Numbered from the whole stretch's first letter, positions 29,996-40,327 are shown. The stretch: 62,591 bases of DNA, filler included, from Nitrospinae bacterium RIFCSPLOWO2_12_FULL_45_22 (GCA_001803565.1; 5 parts of 5 records of this genome joined end to end with filler, not necessarily neighbours in it); one strand, 5' to 3'. Translations and numbers: made by a program. Notes: generated by a model from the letters alone, not told the origin.

Positions 29996-31255
29996 ATGCC
30001 TCAACCGGTTGAGTTGATTATAAAGAATGCTGACCAACTCCTTACCCTGGCTACGGCTACACCTGACAATCCCCTGGGGATAATAACTCAAGGTTCAGTT
30101 GCTATTGGCCGGGATCAGGTGGTATGGGTAGGAGCAGAAGCAAACCTGGCAAAAGAGGTGCTGGTTACTGAATCTACCAGGGTATTGGATGCCCAGGGTA
30201 AAGTAGTTATCCCCGGGCTGATAGATGCCCATACCCATCTGATCTTTGCTGGCAGTAGGGCAGACGAGTTCGACCTGAGGAATATTGGCATCAGTTATCA
30301 AGAGATTATGGGGCGTGGTGGTGGAATCCTGGCTACCGTAGCCGCTACTCGAAAAGCCAGCAAAGAAGAGCTGTATAGGCTGGGCGTGAGGCGCTTGAAC
30401 CGGGCCTTGAGGTGGGGTACTACTACCTTAGAAGTTAAGAGCGGCTATGGCTTGAGTCTGGAGCACGAGCTAAAGATGCTAGACGTAATAAAGGAATTAA
30501 GCGCCCATCATCCAGTAGATCTCATACCTACCTTTTTGGGCGCCCACGCCATCCCGGAAGAATACAAAGGCCAACGAGAAAAATATATCCAGCTTATCTG
30601 CCAGGAGATGATACCCAGCATAGCCGAGAGGAAGCTGGCAATATTCTGTGATGTATTTTGTGAAAAAGGCGCCTTTACTTATGACGAAACGGAACAGATT
30701 TTACGGACTGGCATAAAATATGGTCTAAAGGCTAAAGTCCATGCTGATGAATTCTCTAATAGTGGCGGCGCCATCCTGGCAGCAGACTTAGGGGCCGTTT
30801 CCGCCGATCACTTACTCTCTGCCCCGGCGGAGGCATTAGCTGCCATGCGGCTCCGGGGGGTCGCAGCGGTATTATTGCCCGGTACTTCTTTTGTCCTGGG
30901 ACTGAAGCGTTATGGGCCAGCCCGCAGCATATTAGCCCAGGGATTAACCCTGGCCTTAGCTACTGATTTCAATCCCGGCTCCTGCTTCACGCAGTCCCTC
31001 CCACTCATTATGTCCATTGCCTGCACCCAGATGCATATGACGGTAGCAGAGGCAGTCCTGGCCTGTACTAGCGGGTCGGCTAAGGCTTTAGCGCTACCGG
31101 ATAAATATGGTAAATTGGCGCCTGGAAGTCCGGCAGACCTCCTGATCCTGGATATCACTGATTATCGCTTCCTGGCCTATCAAATGGGAGAAAACCCGGT
31201 AGAGACAGTGATCAAAGAAGGCCGAATAGTTATAGAAAACAGACATTTAGTATGA
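29996..31255 (+). CDS. hutI: Imidazolonepropionase
   Basis: PGLIDAHTH, EVKSGYG, HADE and ATDFNPG motifs. Confidence 0.95.
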   Translation: MPQPVELIIKNADQLLTLATATPDNPLGIITQGSVAIGRDQVVWVGAEANLAKEVLVTESTRVLDAQGKVVIPGLIDAHTHLIFAGSRADEFDLRNIGISYQEIMGRGGGILATVAATRKASKEELYRLGVRRLNRALRWGTTTLEVKSGYGLSLEHELKMLDVIKELSAHHPVDLIPTFLGAHAIPEEYKGQREKYIQLICQEMIPSIAERKLAIFCDVFCEKGAFTYDETEQILRTGIKYGLKAKVHADEFSNSGGAILAADLGAVSADHLLSAPAEALAAMRLRGVAAVLLPGTSFVLGLKRYGPARSILAQGLTLALATDFNPGSCFTQSLPLIMSIACTQMHMTVAEAVLACTSGSAKALALPDKYGKLAPGSPADLLILDITDYRFLAYQMGENPVETVIKEGRIVIENRHLV

Positions 31256-32241
31256 AAAAAGGACTAGCGTCTCTAATGACCCAGCCAGACCCAGGGGCGT
31301 TTTATAGCTCCGGTGATACTCAAGATATTCGCCTGGGAGACCTGGTAAAAAAAGATATTTCCTGGGAAGAGGATTTCCCCACCAATACCATAGCCCTTAT
31401 TGGTTTTCCTTTAGACGAGGGCATTGAGCGGATCGGCGGTAGGATCGGTGCCGCCCGGGGGCCGACCGAGATCAGAACGGCCCTTTATCGCTTGACCAGC
31501 GGGTGTCGCCATCCACTTAATAAGGTAACTTTGCTGGATTTAGGAGACCTGATCCCTCAGAATGACCTGGAAACCTCCCATGAGCGGCTGGCCGATATTG
31601 TGGCCATCTGGATAAAAAAGGGGGCATTACCCATTGTCCTTGGCGGTAGTCATGATCTGAGCTTCGGCTCAGTCAGTGGCTTGATCCAGACAATACCTGC
31701 TCTTGAACATATCGGCCTGATAAATATAGATAGCCATCTCGATCTACGCTCATCGGATAAAGGGATCAATAGTGGCACTGCCTTTTATCGCTTATTAGAG
31801 AGATGGCCAGAGCAATTATCTGGCACAGGCATTATTGAATATGCAGCACACGAACAGTGTAACTCTTCCTTTCATTATCAATACGCCTTAGAAAAAAGAG
31901 TGAAGGTATATTTCTTAGATGAATTACGCACCAACCTGGATGGCCCAGTAGGATTCTTCCCGCAGGTCCTGCGTCTGGCAGGTATGGATGTAGCGGCAGT
32001 AGCCCTTAGTATAGATATAGACGTATGCCAGCGGGCTTATGCGCCAGGCGCCAGCGCACCACAAACCGATGGGCTAACGGGTTCTGAAATCCTTCAGATA
32101 AGTTTCCTGGCAGGCAAAGAGAGAAAAGTTAAGCTCCTGGATCTCTGTGAAGTCAGCCCACCCCTGGATATTGCTGGTAAGACCATTGCCCTGGCTGCCC
32201 AGATCATCTTCTGGTTCTTACAAGGATTAACGTTAAGATGA
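31252..32241 (+). CDS. hutG: Formimidoylglutamase (arginase family)
   Basis: LGGSHD, DSHLD, NSGT and SIDID motifs; hut context; another gene starts at 32252 and is cut by the gap. Confidence 0.88.
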   Translation: MKKGLASLMTQPDPGAFYSSGDTQDIRLGDLVKKDISWEEDFPTNTIALIGFPLDEGIERIGGRIGAARGPTEIRTALYRLTSGCRHPLNKVTLLDLGDLIPQNDLETSHERLADIVAIWIKKGALPIVLGGSHDLSFGSVSGLIQTIPALEHIGLINIDSHLDLRSSDKGINSGTAFYRLLERWPEQLSGTGIIEYAAHEQCNSSFHYQYALEKRVKVYFLDELRTNLDGPVGFFPQVLRLAGMDVAAVALSIDIDVCQRAYAPGASAPQTDGLTGSEILQISFLAGKERKVKLLDLCEVSPPLDIAGKTIALAAQIIFWFLQGLTLR

Positions 32242-32265
32242 GGAGATAGCTATGGAATCCCGTAA

Positions 32266-32365
32266 NNNNNNNNNNNNNNNNNNNNNNNNNNNNNNNNNNN
32301 NNNNNNNNNTTAATTAATTAANNNNNNNNNNNNNNNNNNNNNNNNNNNNNNNNNNNNNNNNNNNN
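32266..32365. other. Artificial contig linker
   Basis: N run with TTAATTAATTAA. Confidence 0.97.
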
Positions 32366-32430
32366 GCCTTCACCGTTTTTCAGACCGCGTCCGCGCGGGA
32401 TGAAAATACGGTGCGAGGCGTTGTTGGGAC
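32366..32430 (-). other. Integron attC site (distal end cut by gap)
   Basis: Minus strand GTCCCAAC...CACCGTATTTTCA-loop-TGAAAAACGGTG with an extrahelical base; inverse core complements GTTGGGAC at the cassette start. Confidence 0.75.
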
Positions 32431-32450
32431 TCCTTCTTCCCTGGTTGTTC

Positions 32451-32681
32451 TCATGCAACTTGGACAGGGGGAACTGCCCCGAGTTTCTTAAGCACGCAGG
32501 CGATGGCTTTGTTCTGACTCTTGGTTGAATCGAGCCATGTGTCGTAGAAGATCGCGTCGAATGGACACCATGTCGCCCACGATGCTGTGAACTCCCGTCC
32601 GTTCAATTTCCCCTCTGCATAGCCGATGGTCTCGCTCCCATCATGCCAGTGCTTTGTGATCTCAACCTTTGGCGCAGCCAT
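32451..32681 (-). CDS. Integron gene cassette, hypothetical 76-aa protein
   Basis: AAGGAG RBS; bounded by GTTGGGAC core (32711-32704) and attC. Confidence 0.7.
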   Translation of the reverse strand: MAAPKVEITKHWHDGSETIGYAEGKLNGREFTASWATWCPFDAIFYDTWLDSTKSQNKAIACVLKKLGAVPPVQVA

Positions 32682-32703
32682 GTCTCTCTCCTTTCATCTT
32701 CTC

Positions 32704-32735
32704 GTCCCAACAAATTATTCTATAGTTTCTTAATA
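32704..32735 (-). other. Putative attI/first-cassette junction
   Basis: Minus strand AGAATAATTT-GTTGGGAC, where the sequence changes from AT-rich platform to GC-richer cassette. Confidence 0.55.
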
Positions 32736-32847
32736 ACTCCGCACCTCAAGGGGTTCCTTCAGGGATCTATGCATTAATAAGTTATGTTGTCTATCCAGCC
32801 CATGGTCCCCTAACCTCTTAGATACCCCTTAAATCATTATAAAATAA

Positions 32848-34172
32848 CACTACTGTCCGATTGTTTGATTCGGATTCTGTTGTAACCAGTTTAAATTCAA
32901 TGCTTTGCGAGCTAAAATGACTTTTATCGATTTCAAATCTCAAGTAAACTATGGCCATTCCGCTTTGAAGAAGGAGAAAGGAGTGGCCAATGAATACTAT
33001 GACAACGGTCTTTGCTCAACTGATGTATTTCCTGCCAATGTACGAGCTCCGCAAGTGTGTTCAGAGATACGGCGGCAATTACAAAGTGCGAAGCTTTTCA
33101 TGTCTGGACCAGTTCCTTTGCATGGCATTTGCTCAACTGAGTTATCGCGAAAGCCTCCGCGATATCGAAGCATGTCTACGTTCCCGACAGACAAAGCTCT
33201 ACCACATGGGCATTCATGGAAAAGTCTCTCGGAGCACACTCGCGGATGCCAATGAGAACAGAGATTGGCGTATCTATGCGGATTTCGCTCAAGTGCTGAT
33301 TCATATAGCCAGGAGTCTCTACGTCAACGACAAGTTCGGGGTGGAACTGGATCAGACGGTTTACGCCTTGGATTCCACAACCATCGACCTGTGCCTTTCG
33401 CTATTCCCATGGGCGAGGTTCCGAAAGTACAAAGGGGCGATCAAACTGCACACACTGTTGGATCTGTGCGGCAATATTCCTTCGTTTATCAGAATCACAG
33501 AAGGGAAAGTTCACGATGTAAACATCCTCGACGAGTTGGTTCCGGAGCCAGGATCGTTCTATGTAATGGACCGCGGCTATCTCGACTTTGCCCGTCTTCA
33601 AACCTTGGCACAGTCTCTGGCTTTTTTTGTCACCCGCGCCAAAACCAATCTCCAGTTTCGCAGACTGTATTCCCATCCTGTCGAGAAGTCCACTGGTCTG
33701 AGATGCGATCAGACAATCGTCTTGACGGGCGTTCATACTTCGAAAGACTATCCGGAGAAGCTTCGGCGTATCCGGTATTTCGATATAGAGAACCAAAACA
33801 ATCTGACCTTCTTGACCAACAACTTCGTGCTTCCGGCACTCACAATTGCGCAGCTGTACAAATGTCGCTGGCAGGTGGAATTGTTCTTCAAGTGGATCAA
33901 GCAGCACCTCAGAATCAAGGCCTTCTACGGCACATCCGAGAATGCGGTGAAGACTCAAATATGGATCGCCATTTCGGTGTATGTGCTCGTCGCCATTGTC
34001 AAAAAGCAGCTTCATCTGGGCCTCAATCTCTACACAATTCTACAGATTTTGAGCGTGACCGTTTTCGAGAAAACCCCTATATTACAAGTACTTACGGAGT
34101 TAAATTACAAAGAGCCAGGGGGCGAACGTTATAAACAACTGACATTATTCGATTTATAACCGGACAGTAGTG
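32848..34172 (+). mobile_element. IS4-family insertion sequence
   Basis: TIRs CACTACTGTCCG / CGGACAGTAGTG; 9-bp duplication ATAAAATAA at 32839-32847 and 34173-34181. Confidence 0.92.
32990..34159 (+). CDS. IS4-family transposase (DUF4372 + DDE)
   Basis: LDSTTI, MDRGY and YKCRWQVELFFKWIKQ motifs. Confidence 0.93.
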   Translation: MNTMTTVFAQLMYFLPMYELRKCVQRYGGNYKVRSFSCLDQFLCMAFAQLSYRESLRDIEACLRSRQTKLYHMGIHGKVSRSTLADANENRDWRIYADFAQVLIHIARSLYVNDKFGVELDQTVYALDSTTIDLCLSLFPWARFRKYKGAIKLHTLLDLCGNIPSFIRITEGKVHDVNILDELVPEPGSFYVMDRGYLDFARLQTLAQSLAFFVTRAKTNLQFRRLYSHPVEKSTGLRCDQTIVLTGVHTSKDYPEKLRRIRYFDIENQNNLTFLTNNFVLPALTIAQLYKCRWQVELFFKWIKQHLRIKAFYGTSENAVKTQIWIAISVYVLVAIVKKQLHLGLNLYTILQILSVTVFEKTPILQVLTELNYKEPGGERYKQLTLFDL

Positions 34173-34281
34173 ATAAAATAACAATAATCTCGTGACAGAT
34201 TTTTTGCAACAACATATTTCAATCTTTCTGTATAACATGTCATTTTTAAGATTATATTATATAGAGATAGGAGAATCCTAC

Positions 34282-34897
34282 ATGCTGGCTATCCCTTCCG
34301 CATTACAGGCACAATTTGAAGAATATTTACGAAATAAGGCAATTCCAAACAGCTTGCAAGGGGCGTATAAAAAATGGCTGCGCTATTACCTGGACTTTTG
34401 TCAGAAGTATCACTTCCCTCCTATACATAAAGAGAGTCTCCCTCCCTTTATTCGCAAATTGTAGGAAAAGAAGCAGACGAAGGTTCAACAAGAGCAGGCC
34501 GTAATGGCGATAACGTTGTATTACGAAGTTCTTACCGCAAAGGTGTGTCCTCCCCAACAAAGAACCTATGCCCCAACCCACCAGTCCTCCGAGATACGCC
34601 CCTTTCAACGACGTAAAACACTTTTCTATCCAAGGAGGATACGGCCAGGCCGATTCAATATGAAAAGGTCATACCGCCTATTTCTCATGATTCCGCCCCA
34701 TCATCAAGTGTGTATGGCTCCTCACACGCCGTTAGCCAGTCAGGTAAGACTTCTGTTGAACCGCAAAACGTGATCGATTCTACCCCTCTTCAAACAAAAC
34801 GAGGAAACGGGGCTTCCTGGAATGCGGAATACTCCCGGCTGGCGGATGAAATCCATGTACGGCATTATTCTTCCAAAACTCTCCAGACCTATAGAGG
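34282..34897 (+). pseudogene. intI: Integron integrase N-terminal remnant (two SAM-like domains; premature stop, frameshift, truncation)
   Basis: YKKWLRYYLDFCQKY...FIRKL*EKKQ...QA, then in another frame WNAEYSRLADEIHVRHYSSKTLQTY; catalytic domain missing; divergent from the cassette. Confidence 0.75.
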
Positions 34898-35194
34898 TGT
34901 AAATTGACTCTGTCTGATTGCCCATTCCATAATTTGCCTGTAAGCCTGAAGAACATCTTCTTCCTCCGTTTGTTCAAACCAGGTATGAAAATGATTGTTT
35001 GCCCAGTCTTTTAGCGCATCTTTGCCTTTGTCTATCTCCGCTTTCACTCGATCTATACTGCATATGGCGCCGTTCTGTGCGTGTTGGATCAAGGCTTGCC
35101 AAAAACCCGGTGCAAGGTCGAATGCATAGTAACGCTTTGCTGCCTCAATAAAAACATTGGCATCCAGAACATAACGGAAAAGAAGATCTGTCAT
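34889..35194 (-). pseudogene. DUF4411 PIN-like protein, 3'-truncated
   Basis: YVLDANVFIEAAKRYYAFDLAPGFW; ends abruptly at the junction with the intI remnant. Confidence 0.75.
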
Positions 35195-36327
35195 GGAAGT
35201 TCTACCCAGAGATGCCTGGCATATTGCTCAAAAGTTTTGCCGTAAAGACCTGTCAGTCGGTAAGCGCCACGATAGAGTAACTTGCCTTCTCGAACAGCAC
35301 GGATGACGGCCCCAGCAAAGCGTCTTCCGAGGCGCAGAGTTTGTGTAGCATAGAAGTCTCCTCCTTTTTGCCGTATAGGCTCTCGTTGCGGATAGTTCTG
35401 ATAGAACTCAAGAAATTCACTCTTTCTAATCAGTTGTAAATCGAGTGCCCTACGAGCAGCCACCAGCTCGCTAACCTTGAAACGGCGGGCAATGGCCTGG
35501 AAGGGCTCCGGCTCTCGGCTGATGGATGGCCATATCTCATGTAACTCGACCGATGGAACCAGGAATTCTGCCGCAATCCGGTCGCATACTTGTTCGGTCT
35601 CGTTGTCAGCCGGCTTGAGTTCACGCAAGTCAAAGGCCGCACTGCTGCCCAGCCAAACATGTGCTAACTCGTGCGCCAAAGTAAACATTTGCGCCGCCCG
35701 AGCATCTGCACCATTGATAAAGATCAGCGGCGCATATTCGTCCACCAAGACAAAACCACGAAATTCCTTTACATCCAGTTTGCGATGGTTGTTGTTGCCG
35801 ACAACGCTATTGACCCCGACGATAATGCCTACTTCCTCGGCGCTATTCCGCAAGGATTTAAGCGCCTCGCTCCAGGTGGGCTGCGTGTCCGCCCATCCTT
35901 CCTCAAGACCCAGGGTGCGCCTTATCTTATCTGCGACGCGCTGCGGTTCATCTGTAATTCGTACGGACCTGACAAAGTCCAGTGGTTCGTCCCCCTCCTC
36001 TATCAAGTATTCGCGCACCCAATCTTGCCGGCGCTGCATCATCTGGACGATTTCAAGAAGGTCAGCGCTCGGCCGGCGATACCGCTCATCGCCAAGTGTG
36101 CGGAAATAAGGGATGGGGAGTTTTTCTTCTGGTGGTTCAGAAAGGAATAAGTATCCCAAAGGGGTTGAGGTCGCCTTTGCAAATGCCTGAAGTTGACGCA
36201 GTGTGGGCAGACTCCGACCTTCAAGCCACTCCATCAGTTTTGGGAACTTCCTTCTTACGACCTCGGGCTTTCTTGCACGCTCTAATCCCCAGCGAAGGGT
36301 AGACGCAGAGACATTAACCCTGGTCAT
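35191..36327 (-). CDS. HTH plus ImmA/IrrE metallo-endopeptidase (DUF955)
   Basis: FTLAHELAH, EQVCDRIAAEFL, N-terminal HTH. Confidence 0.88.
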   Translation of the reverse strand: MTRVNVSASTLRWGLERARKPEVVRRKFPKLMEWLEGRSLPTLRQLQAFAKATSTPLGYLFLSEPPEEKLPIPYFRTLGDERYRRPSADLLEIVQMMQRRQDWVREYLIEEGDEPLDFVRSVRITDEPQRVADKIRRTLGLEEGWADTQPTWSEALKSLRNSAEEVGIIVGVNSVVGNNNHRKLDVKEFRGFVLVDEYAPLIFINGADARAAQMFTLAHELAHVWLGSSAAFDLRELKPADNETEQVCDRIAAEFLVPSVELHEIWPSISREPEPFQAIARRFKVSELVAARRALDLQLIRKSEFLEFYQNYPQREPIRQKGGDFYATQTLRLGRRFAGAVIRAVREGKLLYRGAYRLTGLYGKTFEQYARHLWVELP

Positions 36328-36593
36328 GCCAATACCCCTTCTCTTAATATTGATTCAAACTCGCACCACTCACTCATCATACTCCAGATCCTCCAGACTC
36401 TTCCAGATCGCTTCATCCAGTCGGCGCGCCTCAGCGCCTACGTAGCGGCCGGGGGTGAGCTCGCGATAGACGCAATCCACCATACGCCCTGGTTTACGGG
36501 CGTCAATGAAGAGCGCCTCGCCACGTTGGTCGCGGAACCGACCGTGGCACCGGTGGTGTTCGCCGTCTTCGAGTTGTTCTTTCGCTTTGCCAA
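36324..36593 (-). pseudogene. hsdM: Collapsed type I RM hsdM remnant with possible hsdS remnant
   Basis: AKRKNN...GATVG joined to [39 protein letters not shown]; then MSEW... 18-codon stub overlapping the next ATG. Confidence 0.7.
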
Positions 36594-36900
36594 TGCCTAC
36601 CTCCCCAGACGATCGTGCATGGAGGTATTCCAGGGGCGTCTAAAATTTACTTTTAAACTCATTCTATCTTTAGCCGAATTGTAATAGTGAAATAACCCTA
36701 ATGTCAATATTTTTAGAGATATTTTAATGAGAATAGGCAAAATAATTCGGCATAATGATAAATATTTATGATTATTCGGAATCAGCAATGCCAGAAAATG
36801 CCTTGACTAGCCCGGATCAAAAGTTATAATTTATTTCCTCTTAATAGGATGGGATACTTTCCCTAATTTTGGCTTATAATGGAACATATTTACTATATTT

Positions 36901-38013
36901 ATGGATGATAAAGCCGATAAAGCGTATTGGGTAGCCCTTAATCTTATCCCGGGCATTGGCCAAATCTTATCCCATAGGTTACTGGAGCATTTTGGTGACC
37001 CGAAGAGAATTTTTGCTGTCTCAGCTAAAGAGTTGTCCCGGATAGAGGGTATAGGAGCGAAATTAGCTCAGGAGATCGTTTCCTTTAGGTGGGAGGAGAC
37101 CGTAGCTAACGAACTAAAACAATTAGAAAAGCGGGATATAAATATCCTGACGATAAAGGATGAGAACTATCCCCAACTCCTCAGGGCGATTCCGACCCCC
37201 CCTCTCCTCCTCTATGTCCTGGGGGATATCAGAGAAAGGGATGAGGTAGCCCTGGCAATAGTAGGCTCAAGATCACCTACTCCTTATGGTAAATGGGCCG
37301 TAGATGGCTTGGCTCGGGCCCTGGCTGAGGTAGGGTTTACTATAGTAAGTGGTATGGCCCGGGGGATTGATAGTATTGCTCATCGAGCGGCTTTGGCTGT
37401 AGGTGGTAGAACTATTGCGGTATTAGGGTGCGGACTAGGAATTATCTATCCCCCAGAAAACCAAACCCTGATGCAAAAGATCCCCCACTCAGGGGCAGTA
37501 GTATCAGAATTCCCTCTATTCACTAAACCAGAAAAGCTTAATTTCCCTATCCGGAATCGCCTCATCAGTGGCCTGAGCTTAGGGGTCATGGTAATAGAGG
37601 CAGCGGCTAATAGTGGCTCATTAATAACCGCAAGCCATGCCCTGGAACAGAGCCGAGAGGTATTTGCGGTACCAGGGAATATCCAATCTCCTAAAAGCAA
37701 AGGGACTAATGGGCTTATCAAAAAAGGAGCCAAGCTGGTTGAAGGTATAGAAGACGTCTTAGAGGAATTACCTATTACGGTTAAGGAAAGATTAAAGGGG
37801 ACAAAACCCTTATCGGACGAGGAAACAACCGAGGGATTAGACCCCGAAGAGAAACTGATCTTTTCCTTAATTACTACCGAAGGAGAGGATATAGATTATC
37901 TGGTAAATCAGAGCCAACTACCGGCCAGTCGTATCGCCAGCACCCTCATAATGTTAGAACTTAAAGGTCTAATACGACAGGCCATGGGAAAGGTCTTTCG
38001 TAGAAAGGAATAA
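36901..38013 (+). CDS. dprA: DNA-processing protein DprA
   Basis: AIVGSR, VSGMARGID, FPIRNRLISGLS and SGSLITA motifs. Confidence 0.95.
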   Translation: MDDKADKAYWVALNLIPGIGQILSHRLLEHFGDPKRIFAVSAKELSRIEGIGAKLAQEIVSFRWEETVANELKQLEKRDINILTIKDENYPQLLRAIPTPPLLLYVLGDIRERDEVALAIVGSRSPTPYGKWAVDGLARALAEVGFTIVSGMARGIDSIAHRAALAVGGRTIAVLGCGLGIIYPPENQTLMQKIPHSGAVVSEFPLFTKPEKLNFPIRNRLISGLSLGVMVIEAAANSGSLITASHALEQSREVFAVPGNIQSPKSKGTNGLIKKGAKLVEGIEDVLEELPITVKERLKGTKPLSDEETTEGLDPEEKLIFSLITTEGEDIDYLVNQSQLPASRIASTLIMLELKGLIRQAMGKVFRRKE

Positions 38014-40313
38014 TGGATAAAGTGAATAAAATAAAATCCCTGATTATTGTCGAATCACCAGCTAAGGCTAGAACCCTGAAGAAATTCTTAGGGAATAATT
38101 ACGCGATAAAGGCCTCTTTAGGCCATGTTAAGGACCTGCCTGGAAACCAATTAGGGGTAGAGATCGAGAAGAATTTTAAACCCCATTATATAACTATTCC
38201 GAGTAAGACCCGGGTTCTTCAGGAGTTAAGAAAGGCAGCTAACGACGCCGACCGAATATATCTTGCCCAGGACCCGGACCGCGAGGGAGAGGCTATTGCC
38301 TGGCATGTCTCGCAGGAATTAAAAGATGTGCCAGAAGAGGAGAAATACCGCGTCCTGTTTAATGAGATTACAGAAAAAGCCGTAAAAGAAGCCCTACAGA
38401 ATGCCGGGAGGATAGATAAGGACAAGGTTGATGCTCAACAGGCCCGGCGCATCCTGGATCGTCTAGTAGGCTATAAATTGAGCCCTTTGCTCTGGGAGAA
38501 AGTCAAGCGGGGCCTCAGTGCTGGCCGGGTCCAATCGGTAGCATTACGGCTAATTTGCGACCGGGAAAAGGATATCCTATCTTTTACCCCAGAGGAATAT
38601 TGGACTATAACCGCCACCCTCCAAAGAGATACCCCCCCTTCTTTTGCCGCCAGGCTTTTTAAGATAAAGGGGAAAAAGGCCCAGCTAAAGGTTCAGGCGG
38701 AGGCGGATAGGATAGTAGAAGAAGTAAAACCCCTTTCTTTTATAGTCTCCCATATCGAAAAAAAGGAGAAAAAGAGAAACCCGGTGCCCCCCTTTATCAC
38801 CAGTACCTTACAACAAGAAGCCGCACGGAAGCTCCGGTTTTCACCCCAAAAGACTATGTTGATTGCTCAGGGGCTTTATGAAGGTCAAGAGCTGGGCCCA
38901 GAAGGTAGCATAGGCCTAATAACCTATATGAGAACCGATTCTCCCAGGGTATCAGCCGAGGCCCAGGGTCAGGCCCGAGAATATATCAAAGGACGGTTTG
39001 GCCTGGATTACCTCCCCGCAAAAGCACCAACCTATAGAGGCAGGGCTACTGCCCAGGAAGCCCATGAGGCTATCCGCCCTACAGAGGTCTTCCGGGAGCC
39101 TGAATCTCTTAGACCATATCTATCGGCTGATCATTTCGCCCTGCATCAATTGATCTGGCAGCGTTTCCTGGCCAGCCAAATGAATCCGGCCATCTATGAT
39201 GTTACCACGGTTGATATTGCCGCTGGAGAATACCTCTTCCGGGCTAATGGCTCTATTATAAAGTTTTTGGGTTTCATGAAGCTGTATGTAGAGAGTAAAG
39301 ACGAGTTGACGGAAGAGGGGGCTGAAGATCAGGAAAAAGAAGAGATTTTGCCCCCCTTAGCTACTGGAGATAAGTTGCTCCTCCTGGAACTTACCCCTAA
39401 ACAACACTTTACCCAACCCCCGCCCCGTTATAGCGCAGCTACGCTGGTAAAAGGATTAGAAGAAAACGGAATCGGCCGGCCCAGCACTTATGCTACTATA
39501 GTAAGTATCATAAAAACCAGGGATTATGTCAGAGAAGAAAAAGGTCGTTTTTTCCCCACCGATTTAGGATTATTAATAAACGATCTATTGGTTGAAAATT
39601 TTCCGGAAATCCTGGACATAAAATTTACTGCCCAATTAGAAGATCAACTGGACCAGATTGAAGAGGGAAAGACTAATTGGACCCAGACCGTGTCCGATTT
39701 CTACCGCCCCTTTGCCGTGGATCTTGAGAAGGCCCGGAAGAATATGCAGAAAATAAAAGGGATTCATCCCCCTACTGAGATCCCTTGTCCTAAGTGTGGT
39801 CAAAAAATGCTTATTAAGTGGGGCCGGAATGGAGAATTTTTAGCTTGCTCAGATTATCCTAAGTGTACCGCTACTAGCAATTTCATCCGGGACGAAAAGG
39901 GTGAAATAAGGCTCAAACCTAATGCGCAGGTCAATAAAGAATCTACTAACGAGCAATGCAGCAAGTGCGGCCAACCCATGATTATAAAAAGGGGAAAGTT
40001 CGGAGAGTTTCTGGCCTGTTCTAATTATCCGAAATGTAAGAATACCAAAAATCTAGCCTCGGCTGATCTTGATCTAAACTGCCCGATACCGGGTTGCCCG
40101 GGAACCATTACTGTCCGCAAGACCAAAAAAGGTAAGGTCTTCTATGGCTGTAGTAATTTCCCTACATGTACCTTCGCTACCTGGGATCGCCCGATACCGG
40201 AACCCTGTCCGCAATGCCAGGCACCATTCTTGGTGGAGAAGAAATCAGGTAGAGATACTATTATCATCCAGTGTATACAAGAAGGATGTCAGTATAAGAG
40301 TGGGGGAAAATGA
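38013..40313 (+). CDS. topA: DNA topoisomerase I
   Basis: IVESPAKA, DPDREGEAI, SAGRVQS, ITYMRTD and zinc ribbons. Confidence 0.97.
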   Translation: MDKVNKIKSLIIVESPAKARTLKKFLGNNYAIKASLGHVKDLPGNQLGVEIEKNFKPHYITIPSKTRVLQELRKAANDADRIYLAQDPDREGEAIAWHVSQELKDVPEEEKYRVLFNEITEKAVKEALQNAGRIDKDKVDAQQARRILDRLVGYKLSPLLWEKVKRGLSAGRVQSVALRLICDREKDILSFTPEEYWTITATLQRDTPPSFAARLFKIKGKKAQLKVQAEADRIVEEVKPLSFIVSHIEKKEKKRNPVPPFITSTLQQEAARKLRFSPQKTMLIAQGLYEGQELGPEGSIGLITYMRTDSPRVSAEAQGQAREYIKGRFGLDYLPAKAPTYRGRATAQEAHEAIRPTEVFREPESLRPYLSADHFALHQLIWQRFLASQMNPAIYDVTTVDIAAGEYLFRANGSIIKFLGFMKLYVESKDELTEEGAEDQEKEEILPPLATGDKLLLLELTPKQHFTQPPPRYSAATLVKGLEENGIGRPSTYATIVSIIKTRDYVREEKGRFFPTDLGLLINDLLVENFPEILDIKFTAQLEDQLDQIEEGKTNWTQTVSDFYRPFAVDLEKARKNMQKIKGIHPPTEIPCPKCGQKMLIKWGRNGEFLACSDYPKCTATSNFIRDEKGEIRLKPNAQVNKESTNEQCSKCGQPMIIKRGKFGEFLACSNYPKCKNTKNLASADLDLNCPIPGCPGTITVRKTKKGKVFYGCSNFPTCTFATWDRPIPEPCPQCQAPFLVEKKSGRDTIIIQCIQEGCQYKSGGK

Positions 40314-40327
40314 AGAAATCAGCGATT

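Noticed and set aside
33265-34134. 289-aa alternative-frame ORF inside the IS4 transposase
   Set aside because: Shadow ORF with no recognisable motifs, fully overlapping a clear transposase
34462-34464. In-frame TAG in intI as possible pyrrolysine or readthrough
   Set aside because: The gene also has a frameshift and truncation, so a nonsense mutation (probably CAG to TAG) is simpler
35430-36445. Several long antisense and alternative ORFs over the ImmA gene
   Set aside because: Shadow ORFs in a GC-richer gene with no motifs
36740-36780. dif-like sequence ATTCGGCATAA...TTATGATTATT
   Set aside because: Spacer is 10 nt rather than 6 and the XerD arm is a poor match
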